Assembly (NCBI GenBank): GCA_002753495.1
Contig: PEAJ01000001.1
Location: 1 to 57,868, forward strand
DNA length: 57,868 nt
Direction: 5' to 3'
Source: Magnetococcales bacterium HA3dbin3
GTDB taxonomy: Bacteria; Pseudomonadota; Magnetococcia; Magnetococcales; DC0425bin3
Both the position numbers and the translations under genes were made by a program. This document shows positions 39,399 through 47,420 of the stretch, piece by piece (position 1 is the stretch's first letter; the number at the start of each line of letters is the position of its first letter). Below the pieces are notes generated by a model. It searched no databases. It saw nothing but the letters and a program-made list of their open reading frames with translations, and was not told the DNA's origin.

Positions 39399-39824
39399 AT
39401 GATCGAGACATGGAAGACGGTGGGGGCGATGGCAGGGAATCCTGAGTTCGGCAGGCGGGTGCGGGAGTTGCGGGAGGCCAGGAAGACGACCGATCCGGAG
39501 TTCTCCCTGCGCCGGTTCGCCGTGGCGGTGGGCATCAGCGCCACCTTCATGAGCAAGGTGGAAAACGGCGAGTTCGACCCGCCTGCCGTGGACAAGATCA
39601 AGCGCATGGCGGTCCTGTTGGAGGTCGATTCGGACGAGCTGCTGGCCCTGGCGGGCAAGGTGGACCCGGATCTGCCGGAGATCATCCGTGAGCAACCCAA
39701 GGCCATGGCGGATTTTCTGCGCACGGCGCGGGAGATGGGCTTGGGGTCCGGCGAAATCAATGCCCTGACCAGTATGATCCGGGCATATGGCCAACCCAGG
39801 CGGAATTCTGGGGAGAAACCATGA
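39399..39824 (+). CDS. XRE-family HTH transcriptional regulator (phage repressor-like)
   Basis: FGRRVRELREARKTTDPEFSLRRFAVAVGISATFMSKVENGEFDPP is an XRE HTH. The alternative start ATG 39429 has a GGTGG SD-like element; 39399 would be near-leaderless. Confidence 0.8.
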   Translation: MIETWKTVGAMAGNPEFGRRVRELREARKTTDPEFSLRRFAVAVGISATFMSKVENGEFDPPAVDKIKRMAVLLEVDSDELLALAGKVDPDLPEIIREQPKAMADFLRTAREMGLGSGEINALTSMIRAYGQPRRNSGEKP

Positions 39825-40516
39825 ACGTGAAGTACCTGCGCAAGGAGGAGAGCGAAGCCGCCTCGCGTCGGTTGCTCCTCGCCTATCATGAACGATTCGG
39901 CCCGGACGGGTATCTGCCCATTCCGGTGGAGGAAATCCTGGAATCCCATCTCGGCCTCACCCTGGAGTTCGACGACCTGCGCCGCCGTCTCGGCGTGGCG
40001 GACGTCCTGGGCGCGACCTGGGTCAAGGAGCGACGGGTGGTGATCGATCAGTCCCTGGACCCCACGGTGGACTCCAGGAAGGAGGGCCGCTACCGCTTCA
40101 CCATCGCCCACGAGCTGGGACACTGGGAACTGCACCGGCATGTTTTCGAGGACGCTCCCGGCCAGGGAAGCCTATTCGAGCATGATACACCGCCCTCCAT
40201 CGTTTGCCGCACCGGCTCCCGCAAGGATCCCATGGAGTGGCAGGCGGATGTCTTCGCCAGCTATCTGCTGATGCCGGGGAAGATGGTGAACGAGGCCTGG
40301 GAGTCGATCTATGGCACCCAGGAACCCTACGGGGCGGCGGATGAACTTGCCGATCTTGCACGGAAGGTGGTTGGGGACGTCGGTCAGCCGGTGGTGGGGG
40401 TTGCCCGCGAGGTGGCCAGGGAGTTCCGCGTCTCGGGAACTGCCATGCAGATCCGTCTCGTCGACATGGGACTGATCCGTATGGAAAAAACCCTGCCCGG
40501 CTTGTTCCCGGAGTGA
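39821..40516 (+). CDS. ImmA/IrrE-family (COG2856) zinc metallopeptidase
   Basis: 231 aa. HELGHWELH (HExxH) and EWQADVFASYLLMP are typical of ImmA/IrrE. 4-nt overlap with the XRE gene. Confidence 0.85.
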   Translation: MNVKYLRKEESEAASRRLLLAYHERFGPDGYLPIPVEEILESHLGLTLEFDDLRRRLGVADVLGATWVKERRVVIDQSLDPTVDSRKEGRYRFTIAHELGHWELHRHVFEDAPGQGSLFEHDTPPSIVCRTGSRKDPMEWQADVFASYLLMPGKMVNEAWESIYGTQEPYGAADELADLARKVVGDVGQPVVGVAREVAREFRVSGTAMQIRLVDMGLIRMEKTLPGLFPE

Positions 40517-40590
40517 GAGTCAGTTCCATTTTTTTGTGTGGATTGTTTATGGTTCAATTAACGCAACAGAATCGATGCAGAGGGTGAGCC

Positions 40591-41823
40591 ATGGTGGACA
40601 TTGCCGAAACCCTGGCGCGGGTGAACGCGCCGCCGCCGGAATTCTGGGAGAACGACCTGGAAATGGGGCTGGGTCACCTGCTGCCGGATCTGGAGCGGGA
40701 CGAAGCCCGCGAGGAATGGCTCGGACGCCTGAGCGGGCGGCAGCTGGAGATGGTCTGTGCCGGGCTGGACCTGCCGGTGGAGGAACGGGTGCGGGACCGG
40801 CGGGAGGTGTTGCGCGGTCTGAACGGCCAACTCCTCCCCTTTCTGCTGGTGGACCGCTTCTCCCACATGAAATCGCGGGTGGCGGTGGTCGAGTTCGCCA
40901 GAAAGAAGTTGCCCGTCTCCGTGATCGAGGCCTGCCAAATCAACGAGGAGGACCACGACGCCAAGGCGCTGCTGTTCGCCCTCTACGGCAACGATCCGGT
41001 GGATTTGCGGCAGGTCTTCCATCTGGAAAAGATTCAGAAGACCGGTTTCGCCCGCATGTCCCTGACCACCTCCGTCAAGCCGTCCGGGGAAGCCTTCACC
41101 GACTTTCTGACTCCCGAACGCATTCATGCCCTGCTCGCCACCTTCGACCGGGAGCGGAACGACCACCGCACCAGCGAGTTCCGCGAGGTGCTGGTGGAAG
41201 ACGGGCGGCCTTTGCTGTTCATCCGTCGGGCCGAACGGCCCAGCCTGATCGTGAAGACGGTGGGGGTGGAGCACGGCTTCCATCCCGAATGGATCATCCT
41301 CGATTTTTCCGCCGACGCCCGCCGAGTGCGCATCTCCTCCACCAGCCCCGCCGTGCCCCTGGAGATCGCCAACCGCGTGGCCGGGGCCTTCTTCGGTGAG
41401 GAATGCGAATACGCCAATGAAAGCGAGGAGAGCTACGGTGAGCAACTGCGGCGTTTTCTGCGGCGCCTCGCAGACGGTCGGGCCGAACAGTTGGAATTCG
41501 TGGAGATCGCCCTGGAGCGGTCGCCCCTGGACGGCTCCAGCAAGCTGACGATTTCCGATGTCCTCTCCATCCGCAAGGCAGTGGCCCATTTCACCCTGGC
41601 GGTGGGCGATATTCTGTCGGAAGTCACCAACATCAAGGGGATCAAGGTCTCCTACCGGGAGAAGCGGGTGGGGCTGATTTTCGAACCGACTGGGAACGAC
41701 CGTTTCGTGGTCCGCTACACCGATCAGCGGCTGAACACCAAGGAACGCGCCGCCTTCGAGGAATTGATGAGGAATGACCATGGCCTCCCGGTCCTCTCCA
41801 CCGAAAAGCGCGTCCGGCGCTGA
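40591..41823 (+). CDS. hypothetical protein (410 aa), no recognisable domain
   Basis: Balanced amino-acid composition and GAGGGTGAG upstream of the ATG. The long antisense ORF 40558..42012 looks like a shadow (Gly/Pro/His/Gln-rich). Confidence 0.65.
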   Translation: MVDIAETLARVNAPPPEFWENDLEMGLGHLLPDLERDEAREEWLGRLSGRQLEMVCAGLDLPVEERVRDRREVLRGLNGQLLPFLLVDRFSHMKSRVAVVEFARKKLPVSVIEACQINEEDHDAKALLFALYGNDPVDLRQVFHLEKIQKTGFARMSLTTSVKPSGEAFTDFLTPERIHALLATFDRERNDHRTSEFREVLVEDGRPLLFIRRAERPSLIVKTVGVEHGFHPEWIILDFSADARRVRISSTSPAVPLEIANRVAGAFFGEECEYANESEESYGEQLRRFLRRLADGRAEQLEFVEIALERSPLDGSSKLTISDVLSIRKAVAHFTLAVGDILSEVTNIKGIKVSYREKRVGLIFEPTGNDRFVVRYTDQRLNTKERAAFEELMRNDHGLPVLSTEKRVRR

Positions 41824-42946
41824 TCCTGGCGCCATCGAGCGGCTGCTGCGGGAGGGCTGGACCATCGCCGATCCTGATCCGGCGGCTCTGGACGCCGCCG
41901 CCCGGCTGGAGCGGCTTGGGCTGGTGGAGATCGACTGCCGGGAGTTCGTCCGCTGCGCCGAACCGCTGGACGAGGATTTTCCCCCGCCGGTGCGGGATTG
42001 CCAGGGCCGCATCCTGCTTCGGGCCGGACTGGACGAAGGGGACGACGCCTTTCGTTGTCCTGACTGCGAGCGTCCCGTTTACCCCCTTCTCTACGGCAAG
42101 CGGCGGTGCGCGGAGATGCGCAGCAGGGTGAAGCCCGAGGGTGTGGCCGCTTTTCTCCACGACGAACTGGACTCCCTGGGTGTGGTACGGCGGCTGGCCG
42201 AGGGGGTGTTCCGGGTCGAGACGGGTTACGGGGAAGCCCTGGTCTGTCTGGTGGAGCTGTGCCGCGATCCCCGTTATCTGTCCCGCGACCATGCCCGCAT
42301 GCATCCCACCCTCTTTGTCGCCATCGATGCCCGCAATCTGAAGGAGCGTTTTCTTCCCGACCCCTGGCTGGTCCGGGCGACTCTGGCCGACGTTGTGACA
42401 GGATCCACCGAGCTGCCTGCTCTCCTGGACGATCTCCTCGCCCGGGAAACGCCTTCGACCCTGGTCAACGCCTCCCTGCCGGTCTACGACAAGGTGGTTC
42501 CGGCGCTTTTGCCCAGCCCTGCCTCCGGGCCGCAACGCCGTCAGTTCATGGTGGAGTTCGCGTCGGACCGGCTCCTGGTCGAGGATGCCGTGGTGGCGAC
42601 GGCCAAGGCCGGGATGCAGCTCCAGGTGTTCGGCATCCTGTGGCGGCGCTTTCTGGAGGATCTGGCGGCGGGTCGGTCGCCGGATGATTTCCGGCCCATC
42701 AGCCTGAAAGAACTCACCAACGTCATCGATCCTGGGGACAAGAGCGAGGCCATCGACGAAATGAACGTCCGACGAGCCATCAACCGCCTGCAGCAGGATC
42801 TGTCGGAGACCGTGCGCCGGGAACTGGGGTTGCCCCTGGGACGAGAGGACATCATCCAGAACCTCCGCGATGGCCAGCGCCGCAGAGGCAACGGCTACCG
42901 CATCAACCCCCGCATGGTTCTGCCCAGGGTGTCATCCCCCTCCTGA
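41774..42946 (+). CDS. hypothetical protein (390 aa) with a CxxC...CxxC-like segment and a basic C-terminus
   Basis: DCQGRILLRAGLDEGDDAFRCPDCERPVYPLLYGKRRC hints at a Zn-binding element. The start is uncertain: ATG 41774 or 41780 overlaps the upstream gene by about 45-50 nt. Confidence 0.6.
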   Translation: MTMASRSSPPKSASGADPGAIERLLREGWTIADPDPAALDAAARLERLGLVEIDCREFVRCAEPLDEDFPPPVRDCQGRILLRAGLDEGDDAFRCPDCERPVYPLLYGKRRCAEMRSRVKPEGVAAFLHDELDSLGVVRRLAEGVFRVETGYGEALVCLVELCRDPRYLSRDHARMHPTLFVAIDARNLKERFLPDPWLVRATLADVVTGSTELPALLDDLLARETPSTLVNASLPVYDKVVPALLPSPASGPQRRQFMVEFASDRLLVEDAVVATAKAGMQLQVFGILWRRFLEDLAAGRSPDDFRPISLKELTNVIDPGDKSEAIDEMNVRRAINRLQQDLSETVRRELGLPLGREDIIQNLRDGQRRRGNGYRINPRMVLPRVSSPS

Positions 42947-43030
42947 CAACGGCGAAAGCCCACCCCATCCTCGGCCCCGCGCACCCCGCCCGGGGCCGTT
43001 GCCATTTCATGGCCGGGAGGTTCTGCCGGA

Positions 43031-43194
43031 CCATCTGTCTCCTTTTCCCTCCATGTGTCTCGAATTCCGCCGTGCCCTGAGGGCGGGCCATAAGCCCCGT
43101 CCAGGCCATCTGTCTCTGTTTCGTTCCATCTGTCTCGAAATCCGTCACCGACCCTGATTCCATGCGCCCTCCGCAAACCCATCTGTCTCGAAAA
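43031..43194 (+). repeat. five same-orientation copies of CCAT(C/G)TGTCTC, extended consensus CCATCTGTCTCGAAAtCCG
   Basis: Copies start at 43031, 43051 (CCATGTGTCTCGAATTCCG), 43106, 43126 (CCATCTGTCTCGAAATCCG) and 43179 (CCATCTGTCTCGAAAATCG). Spacings are 20, 55, 20 and 53 nt. The array sits in the 333-nt gap before the sigma-like gene. Confidence 0.85.
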
Positions 43195-43279
43195 TCGCCG
43201 ACCTGTCCTCAAAACCGACGCCTCGAAACGGGAAAATCCGGCCATACCAACGGAACAACCCGCAGGCCGGAACAAGACC

Positions 43280-43825
43280 ATGAATTCGAGAAACCACTAC
43301 CCCGACCTTCACGGCGAGGCCGTCCGGGTCATCCGCTTCAAGGCCGGACAGCTTTCCCGATTGCCCTGTTTCACCAGGGCGGATGTGGAGGATCTGGAAC
43401 AGGAACTGGCCATGGATCTGCTGCGGCGTTTGCCCTGGTTCGACCCCTCGCGGGCCGGGTTGGCCACCTTCCTCGACCGGATCGTTGGCCATCGCGCCGC
43501 CAACCTGGTGGCCGGGGCCATGGCCAAACGCCGGGGCGGCGGGTTGACCCTCGTCTCCGTGGACGATCTGGAATCGGGGGACGACCAGGAAACAACGCTG
43601 GACTCCCCGAACCAGGAGCGCGTCGAACTGGGGGTGGAGGTGCGCCGACTCCTGGGGCGGTTGCCGGAGGAGCATCGTCACCTCTGCCACCTGCTCATGG
43701 CGGTGGACAAGCCGGAGATCCCCCGGCGACTGGGCGTGAGCCGCGCCACCTTCTATCGCCGCCTTGCGGAGGTTCGCGGATTCTTCCGCGATGCAGGGCT
43801 GGAAGAAATCGCTATGGCCGCGTGA
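43280..43825 (+). CDS. ECF/sigma-70-like RNA polymerase sigma factor
   Basis: 181 aa. DLEQELAMDLLRRL...LATFLDRIVGHRAANLV is region-2-like. LPEEHRHLCHLLM...IPRRLGVSRATFYRRLAEVR is a region-4 HTH. Confidence 0.65.
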   Translation: MNSRNHYPDLHGEAVRVIRFKAGQLSRLPCFTRADVEDLEQELAMDLLRRLPWFDPSRAGLATFLDRIVGHRAANLVAGAMAKRRGGGLTLVSVDDLESGDDQETTLDSPNQERVELGVEVRRLLGRLPEEHRHLCHLLMAVDKPEIPRRLGVSRATFYRRLAEVRGFFRDAGLEEIAMAA

Positions 43826-43903
43826 GACGGTTTTCGGAGATCGCCGGTAAGTATCCCAAGAGAAGGCACGAAACGCTCGACGACTTGAAAAGGAGAGACG
43901 GCG

Positions 43904-44176
43904 GTGGAACCGGAAAAGGCGCTCTGGATGGCGGTGCTCGAACAGGCGGTCAAGGACGCCCGTGCCCTCATCCGCAGGGCCAAGGCCGATCCGACGCTGT
44001 GGGACAGCCCGTCCTTCCGGGGAGAGGTGAAGTCCCTGAGGCGTTGGTTCCTCGCCAAATCCCAGCATCCGGGAGGCTTCGGCTTCGTTTGCGATCTCGC
44101 GGGCCTCGACCCGGAACGGGCGCTGGCCCGCATCGATGAGAAGTACCTCCGGCATTTGACGCCGGAGATTGGATAG
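43904..44176 (+). CDS. hypothetical phage protein
   Basis: 90 aa. GTG start 8 nt after AGGAG (43891-43895). Confidence 0.55.
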   Translation: MEPEKALWMAVLEQAVKDARALIRRAKADPTLWDSPSFRGEVKSLRRWFLAKSQHPGGFGFVCDLAGLDPERALARIDEKYLRHLTPEIG

Positions 44177-44210
44177 ACCCCCAGACCTTTGCCAAACAAG
44201 GAGATTGAAG

Positions 44211-44696
44211 ATGGAACACCCCATCCCTCTCGAAACCCTGCCGGAGTTGCCCCCGGCACAGCTTGCGGCCCTGCCGGTGGACCAGTTGGCCGCACTGTTG
44301 GACGAAGCCGATGCCCATCTGCGCCGGGCCAGGGCGATCAAGGAGAGCCTGGACGAGGCCGTCGCCCACCGTTACGGCGACCGCGCCGCCCTGGTGCGCA
44401 ACCAGAATCAGAAGCCCACCGGCATCGTCCGCTTCGATGACGGCCCCTTCGTCGTCATCGCCGACCTTCCCAAGAAGCCGGAGTGGGATCAGGAGCGGCT
44501 GGCCGCCATTGTCGGGCAGATCAGCGAATCAGGCGAGAACGCACTGGACTATGTCGAGGTCGCCTACCGGGTGCCGGAGAGTCGCTACAACGCCTGGCCC
44601 GCCTCCATTCGGAAGTTCTTCGAGGCCGCCCGCACCCTCAAGGTCGGCAAACCCACCTTCAAGCTCGAACGGCCTGCGGGCCGGGGAGGATTCTGA
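44211..44696 (+). CDS. hypothetical phage protein
   Basis: Within ORF 44169..44696. ATG 44211 follows AAGGAGA. Precedes the Sak4-like ATPase, with a TGATG junction. Confidence 0.6.
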   Translation: MEHPIPLETLPELPPAQLAALPVDQLAALLDEADAHLRRARAIKESLDEAVAHRYGDRAALVRNQNQKPTGIVRFDDGPFVVIADLPKKPEWDQERLAAIVGQISESGENALDYVEVAYRVPESRYNAWPASIRKFFEAARTLKVGKPTFKLERPAGRGGF

Positions 44697-45457
44697 TGGC
44701 CATTTCCCTCGCTTCCCTCAATCGCCAACAGGCGGTTCTGCCGCCCCGCATCCTGGTCTACGGCGTGGCCGGGGTGGGCAAGAGCACCCTGGGAGCGTGC
44801 GCTCCCAACCCGGTTTTCATCCTCACCGAGGACGGGCTGGGGCTGCTCCAGGTCACCAGTTTTCCCCTGGCCCGCACCTTCGGTGAGGTGCTGGAGGCCC
44901 TGGACAGCCTGCTGGCCGAAAACCACGACTTCGAGACCGTGGTGCTGGATTCCCTGGATTGGCTCGAACCCCTGATCTGGTCCGAGGTGTGCCGCCTCAA
45001 CCGAGTCAACAGCATCGAGGACATGGGGTATGGAAAGGGCTACGTCGCCGCCCTGGACCTCTGGCGCTCCTACCTGGATCGCCTCAACCGGCTGCGTTCG
45101 GAGAAGAACATGGTGGTGGTGCAGATCGCCCACGCCACCATCCGGCGCTTCGATTCCCCGGAGCACGACCCCTTCGACCGCTACGACGTCAAGCTGCACC
45201 AGAAAGCCGCCGCCCTGGTCCAGGAGCACAGCGATTGTGTCCTGTTCGCCAATTACCGGGTGGCGGTGACCAAGGCGGAGGTCGGTTTCGGACAGCGGGT
45301 CAACCGCGCCGTCGGCACCGGCGAGCGCCTGCTCTTCACCCAGGAACGGCCCGCCTTTCTGGCCAAGAACCGTTACAACCTGCCCGGCGAGCTGCCCATG
45401 GACTGGACCACCCTCCAGGCCCACCTCACCGGCGATCATCAGACCCAAGCCGCATAA
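44696..45457 (+). CDS. phage AAA/RecA-like ATPase (Sak4-type single-strand annealing/recombination protein)
   Basis: Within ORF 44483..45457. ILVYGVAGVGKSTL (Walker A) and TVVLDSLD (Walker B-like). Its length and context next to DUF669 are typical of Sak4-like proteins. Confidence 0.75.
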   Translation: MAISLASLNRQQAVLPPRILVYGVAGVGKSTLGACAPNPVFILTEDGLGLLQVTSFPLARTFGEVLEALDSLLAENHDFETVVLDSLDWLEPLIWSEVCRLNRVNSIEDMGYGKGYVAALDLWRSYLDRLNRLRSEKNMVVVQIAHATIRRFDSPEHDPFDRYDVKLHQKAAALVQEHSDCVLFANYRVAVTKAEVGFGQRVNRAVGTGERLLFTQERPAFLAKNRYNLPGELPMDWTTLQAHLTGDHQTQAA

Positions 45458-45468
45458 GGAGACAACTC

Positions 45469-45999
45469 ATGGCACAACTCGGCGGAACCTTCGACGCCTC
45501 CCAGGTGGACCCCTCCCAGCCCCACGAGACGCTGCCCCCCGGCGACTACCGGGTGCAGATCGTCAACAGCGAGATGCGGGCCACCAAGACCGGAACCGGC
45601 CAATACCTCTGGCTGGAGATGGACATCCTGGACGGACCCCTGGCCGGGCGGAAGCTCTTCGACCGGCTCAACCTGGTCAACCCCAACCGGCAGGCGGAAG
45701 AGATCGCGCAACGCACCCTCTCGGCCATCTGCCACGCCGTGGGACGGATGCAGGTGGCCGACTCGGAGGAACTCCACTTCAAGCCGCTGCTGGTGAAAGT
45801 GGCGGTGGGCAAGACCGGTTACAACGAAACGAAGGGCTACAAGCCCGTAGCCAACGCCGCTCCCGCGCCGCGACCGGCTTTTCAGCCGCCGCAGGCCCAG
45901 CAGGCTCCCCAGCCGCAACCGGCGCAACAACCCGCCGCCCAGGCTTCCCGTCCCGCGCCCGCCGCCGGTGGGGTTGGTCCCTGGCGGAGGATGGGGTGA
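45469..45999 (+). CDS. DUF669-family phage protein (SSB-like partner of Sak4)
   Basis: Within ORF 44959..45999. FDASQVDPSQPHETLPPGDYRVQIVNSEMRATKTGTGQYLWLEMDILDGPLAGRKLFDRLNLVNPN matches DUF669 from memory. The tail is Pro/Gln/Ala-rich. Confidence 0.8.
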   Translation: MAQLGGTFDASQVDPSQPHETLPPGDYRVQIVNSEMRATKTGTGQYLWLEMDILDGPLAGRKLFDRLNLVNPNRQAEEIAQRTLSAICHAVGRMQVADSEELHFKPLLVKVAVGKTGYNETKGYKPVANAAPAPRPAFQPPQAQQAPQPQPAQQPAAQASRPAPAAGGVGPWRRMG

Positions 46000-46089
46000 G
46001 GAAAATAAGCGGGCGGGACCGTCAACCATTCGCTGCCAGGCACCGGTGACGGCCCGCCCCATCCAAGGCTTCAATTTTGGAGAAGACCC

Positions 46090-46482
46090 ATGGACACTGC
46101 CATCCTGAACCATCGGGATGAGCGGGACAAGACCCCCTTGCCCGCGACTCGGGAGGAGTGCCGCGCCCGGCTCATCCAATTGCAATCCGACATCGCCGCC
46201 ATCCGCGACCAGATCGCCGCCGCCGACCTGGACCGTCAGGCCCGGGGAGGCCAGATGGATGCTGGCTGGTACCACCGCGCCCGTACCGCCCTGCGCTTCA
46301 AACGGGAAGAGCTGGCCCGGCTCCAGGCCCATCAGCGCACCCTGCCCGGCGGCCCCGCCGAGCGCAAGGAGCGGCTGCGGGAGTGCATCATCGCCGCCGT
46401 CCGCCCCGACTACAACGACGACGAATGGCGCGAGGTGATGGACGAGGCCCATCGCCTGCTGTTGGGCCAGGGGGGTGCGTGA
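46090..46482 (+). CDS. hypothetical phage protein
   Basis: 130 aa. GGAGA lies upstream. The stop/start junction with the next gene is TGATG. Confidence 0.55.
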   Translation: MDTAILNHRDERDKTPLPATREECRARLIQLQSDIAAIRDQIAAADLDRQARGGQMDAGWYHRARTALRFKREELARLQAHQRTLPGGPAERKERLRECIIAAVRPDYNDDEWREVMDEAHRLLLGQGGA

Positions 46483-47420
46483 TGGCTCCCCTCCCCAAAC
46501 CCAACGGCCCCACGGTGGAGGCGATCCTCGCTGCCTACGAGGCGGATGCCGGGAGAGGCTTCCGCCCTCACCTGGGGGCCTCGATCATCGGTCGGGAGTG
46601 CGACCGCTCCCTGTGGCTGGACTTCCGCTGGACCGCCCGCGCCAGCTTCGGCGGTCGCATGCTGCGCCTGTTCGAAACCGGGCAACTGGAGGAGAACCGG
46701 CTTATCCGCAATCTGCGCCGCATCGGAGTCACCGTCCTGGAGGTGGACCCCCATACCGGTCGCCAGTGGCGGGTGGAGGCCTGCGACGGCCACTTCGGCG
46801 GTTCGCTGGACGCCGCCGCCCTGGGCATCCCGGAGGCTCCCAAGACCTGGCACGTCTGCGAGTTCAAGACCCACAACGCCACCTCTTTCGCCGAGTTGCG
46901 CAAGCACGGGGTGCAGAAAGCCAAGCCCCAGCATTACGCCCAGATGCAGGTCTACCTGCACCTCACCGGCATGACCCGCGCCCTGTACCTGGCGGTCAAC
47001 AAGGACACCGACGACCTCCACGCCGAGCGCCTCCAGGTCGACGGCGCGGAAGGGCTGCGTCTGCTGGCCAAGGCCGAGCGGATCATCCGCGCCGAACGTC
47101 CGCCGATGCGGATCAGCGCCGACCCCTCCTGGTACCAGTGCCGGATGTGTCATCACCACCCCCTCTGCCATGAGGGTGCCTCGGCGGAACGCAATTGCCG
47201 CACCTGCCTTCACTCCACCCCGGCGGAAATCGGTTTGTGGCTCTGCAGCCCCTCCGAACGACTGATGGCCCTCGAGGCCCAGAAGGCGGGTTGCTCCGGC
47301 CACCTCTTCATCCCCGACCTGGTGGTGGGCGAGCAGACCGACGCCGACCCCGCTGGGGCGTGGGTGGAATACCGCCTGCCGGACGGCTCCCTTTGGCGGG
47401 ATGGAGGTGAGCCATGTTGA
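46482..47420 (+). CDS. Cas4/RecB-like PD-(D/E)xK exonuclease with Cys clusters
   Basis: Within ORF 46158..47420. C40, D110 (GGSLD), E127-F-K129 (VCEFKT), QHYAQMQVY, then C220-x2-C223-x5-C229 (CRMCHHHPLC), the Cas4/AddB-type Fe-S signature. Four further Cys follow: C239, C242, C255 and C271. Confidence 0.75.
   Translation: MAPLPKPNGPTVEAILAAYEADAGRGFRPHLGASIIGRECDRSLWLDFRWTARASFGGRMLRLFETGQLEENRLIRNLRRIGVTVLEVDPHTGRQWRVEACDGHFGGSLDAAALGIPEAPKTWHVCEFKTHNATSFAELRKHGVQKAKPQHYAQMQVYLHLTGMTRALYLAVNKDTDDLHAERLQVDGAEGLRLLAKAERIIRAERPPMRISADPSWYQCRMCHHHPLCHEGASAERNCRTCLHSTPAEIGLWLCSPSERLMALEAQKAGCSGHLFIPDLVVGEQTDADPAGAWVEYRLPDGSLWRDGGEPC

Noticed and set aside
43031-43194. I checked whether the CCATCTGTCTC array, and the GGTACGCACC array at 55430-55583, could be CRISPR arrays.
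   Set aside because: The repeats are only 10-19 nt. Spacings are irregular (20-55 nt). One array has mixed orientation. There are no cas genes and no leader. They are binding-site arrays, not CRISPR.
43145-44341. 398-aa minus-strand ORF across the repeat array, the sigma-like gene and small phage genes.
   Set aside because: It is antisense to three plus-strand genes that have RBSs and sensible composition. The surrounding operon is uniformly plus-strand.
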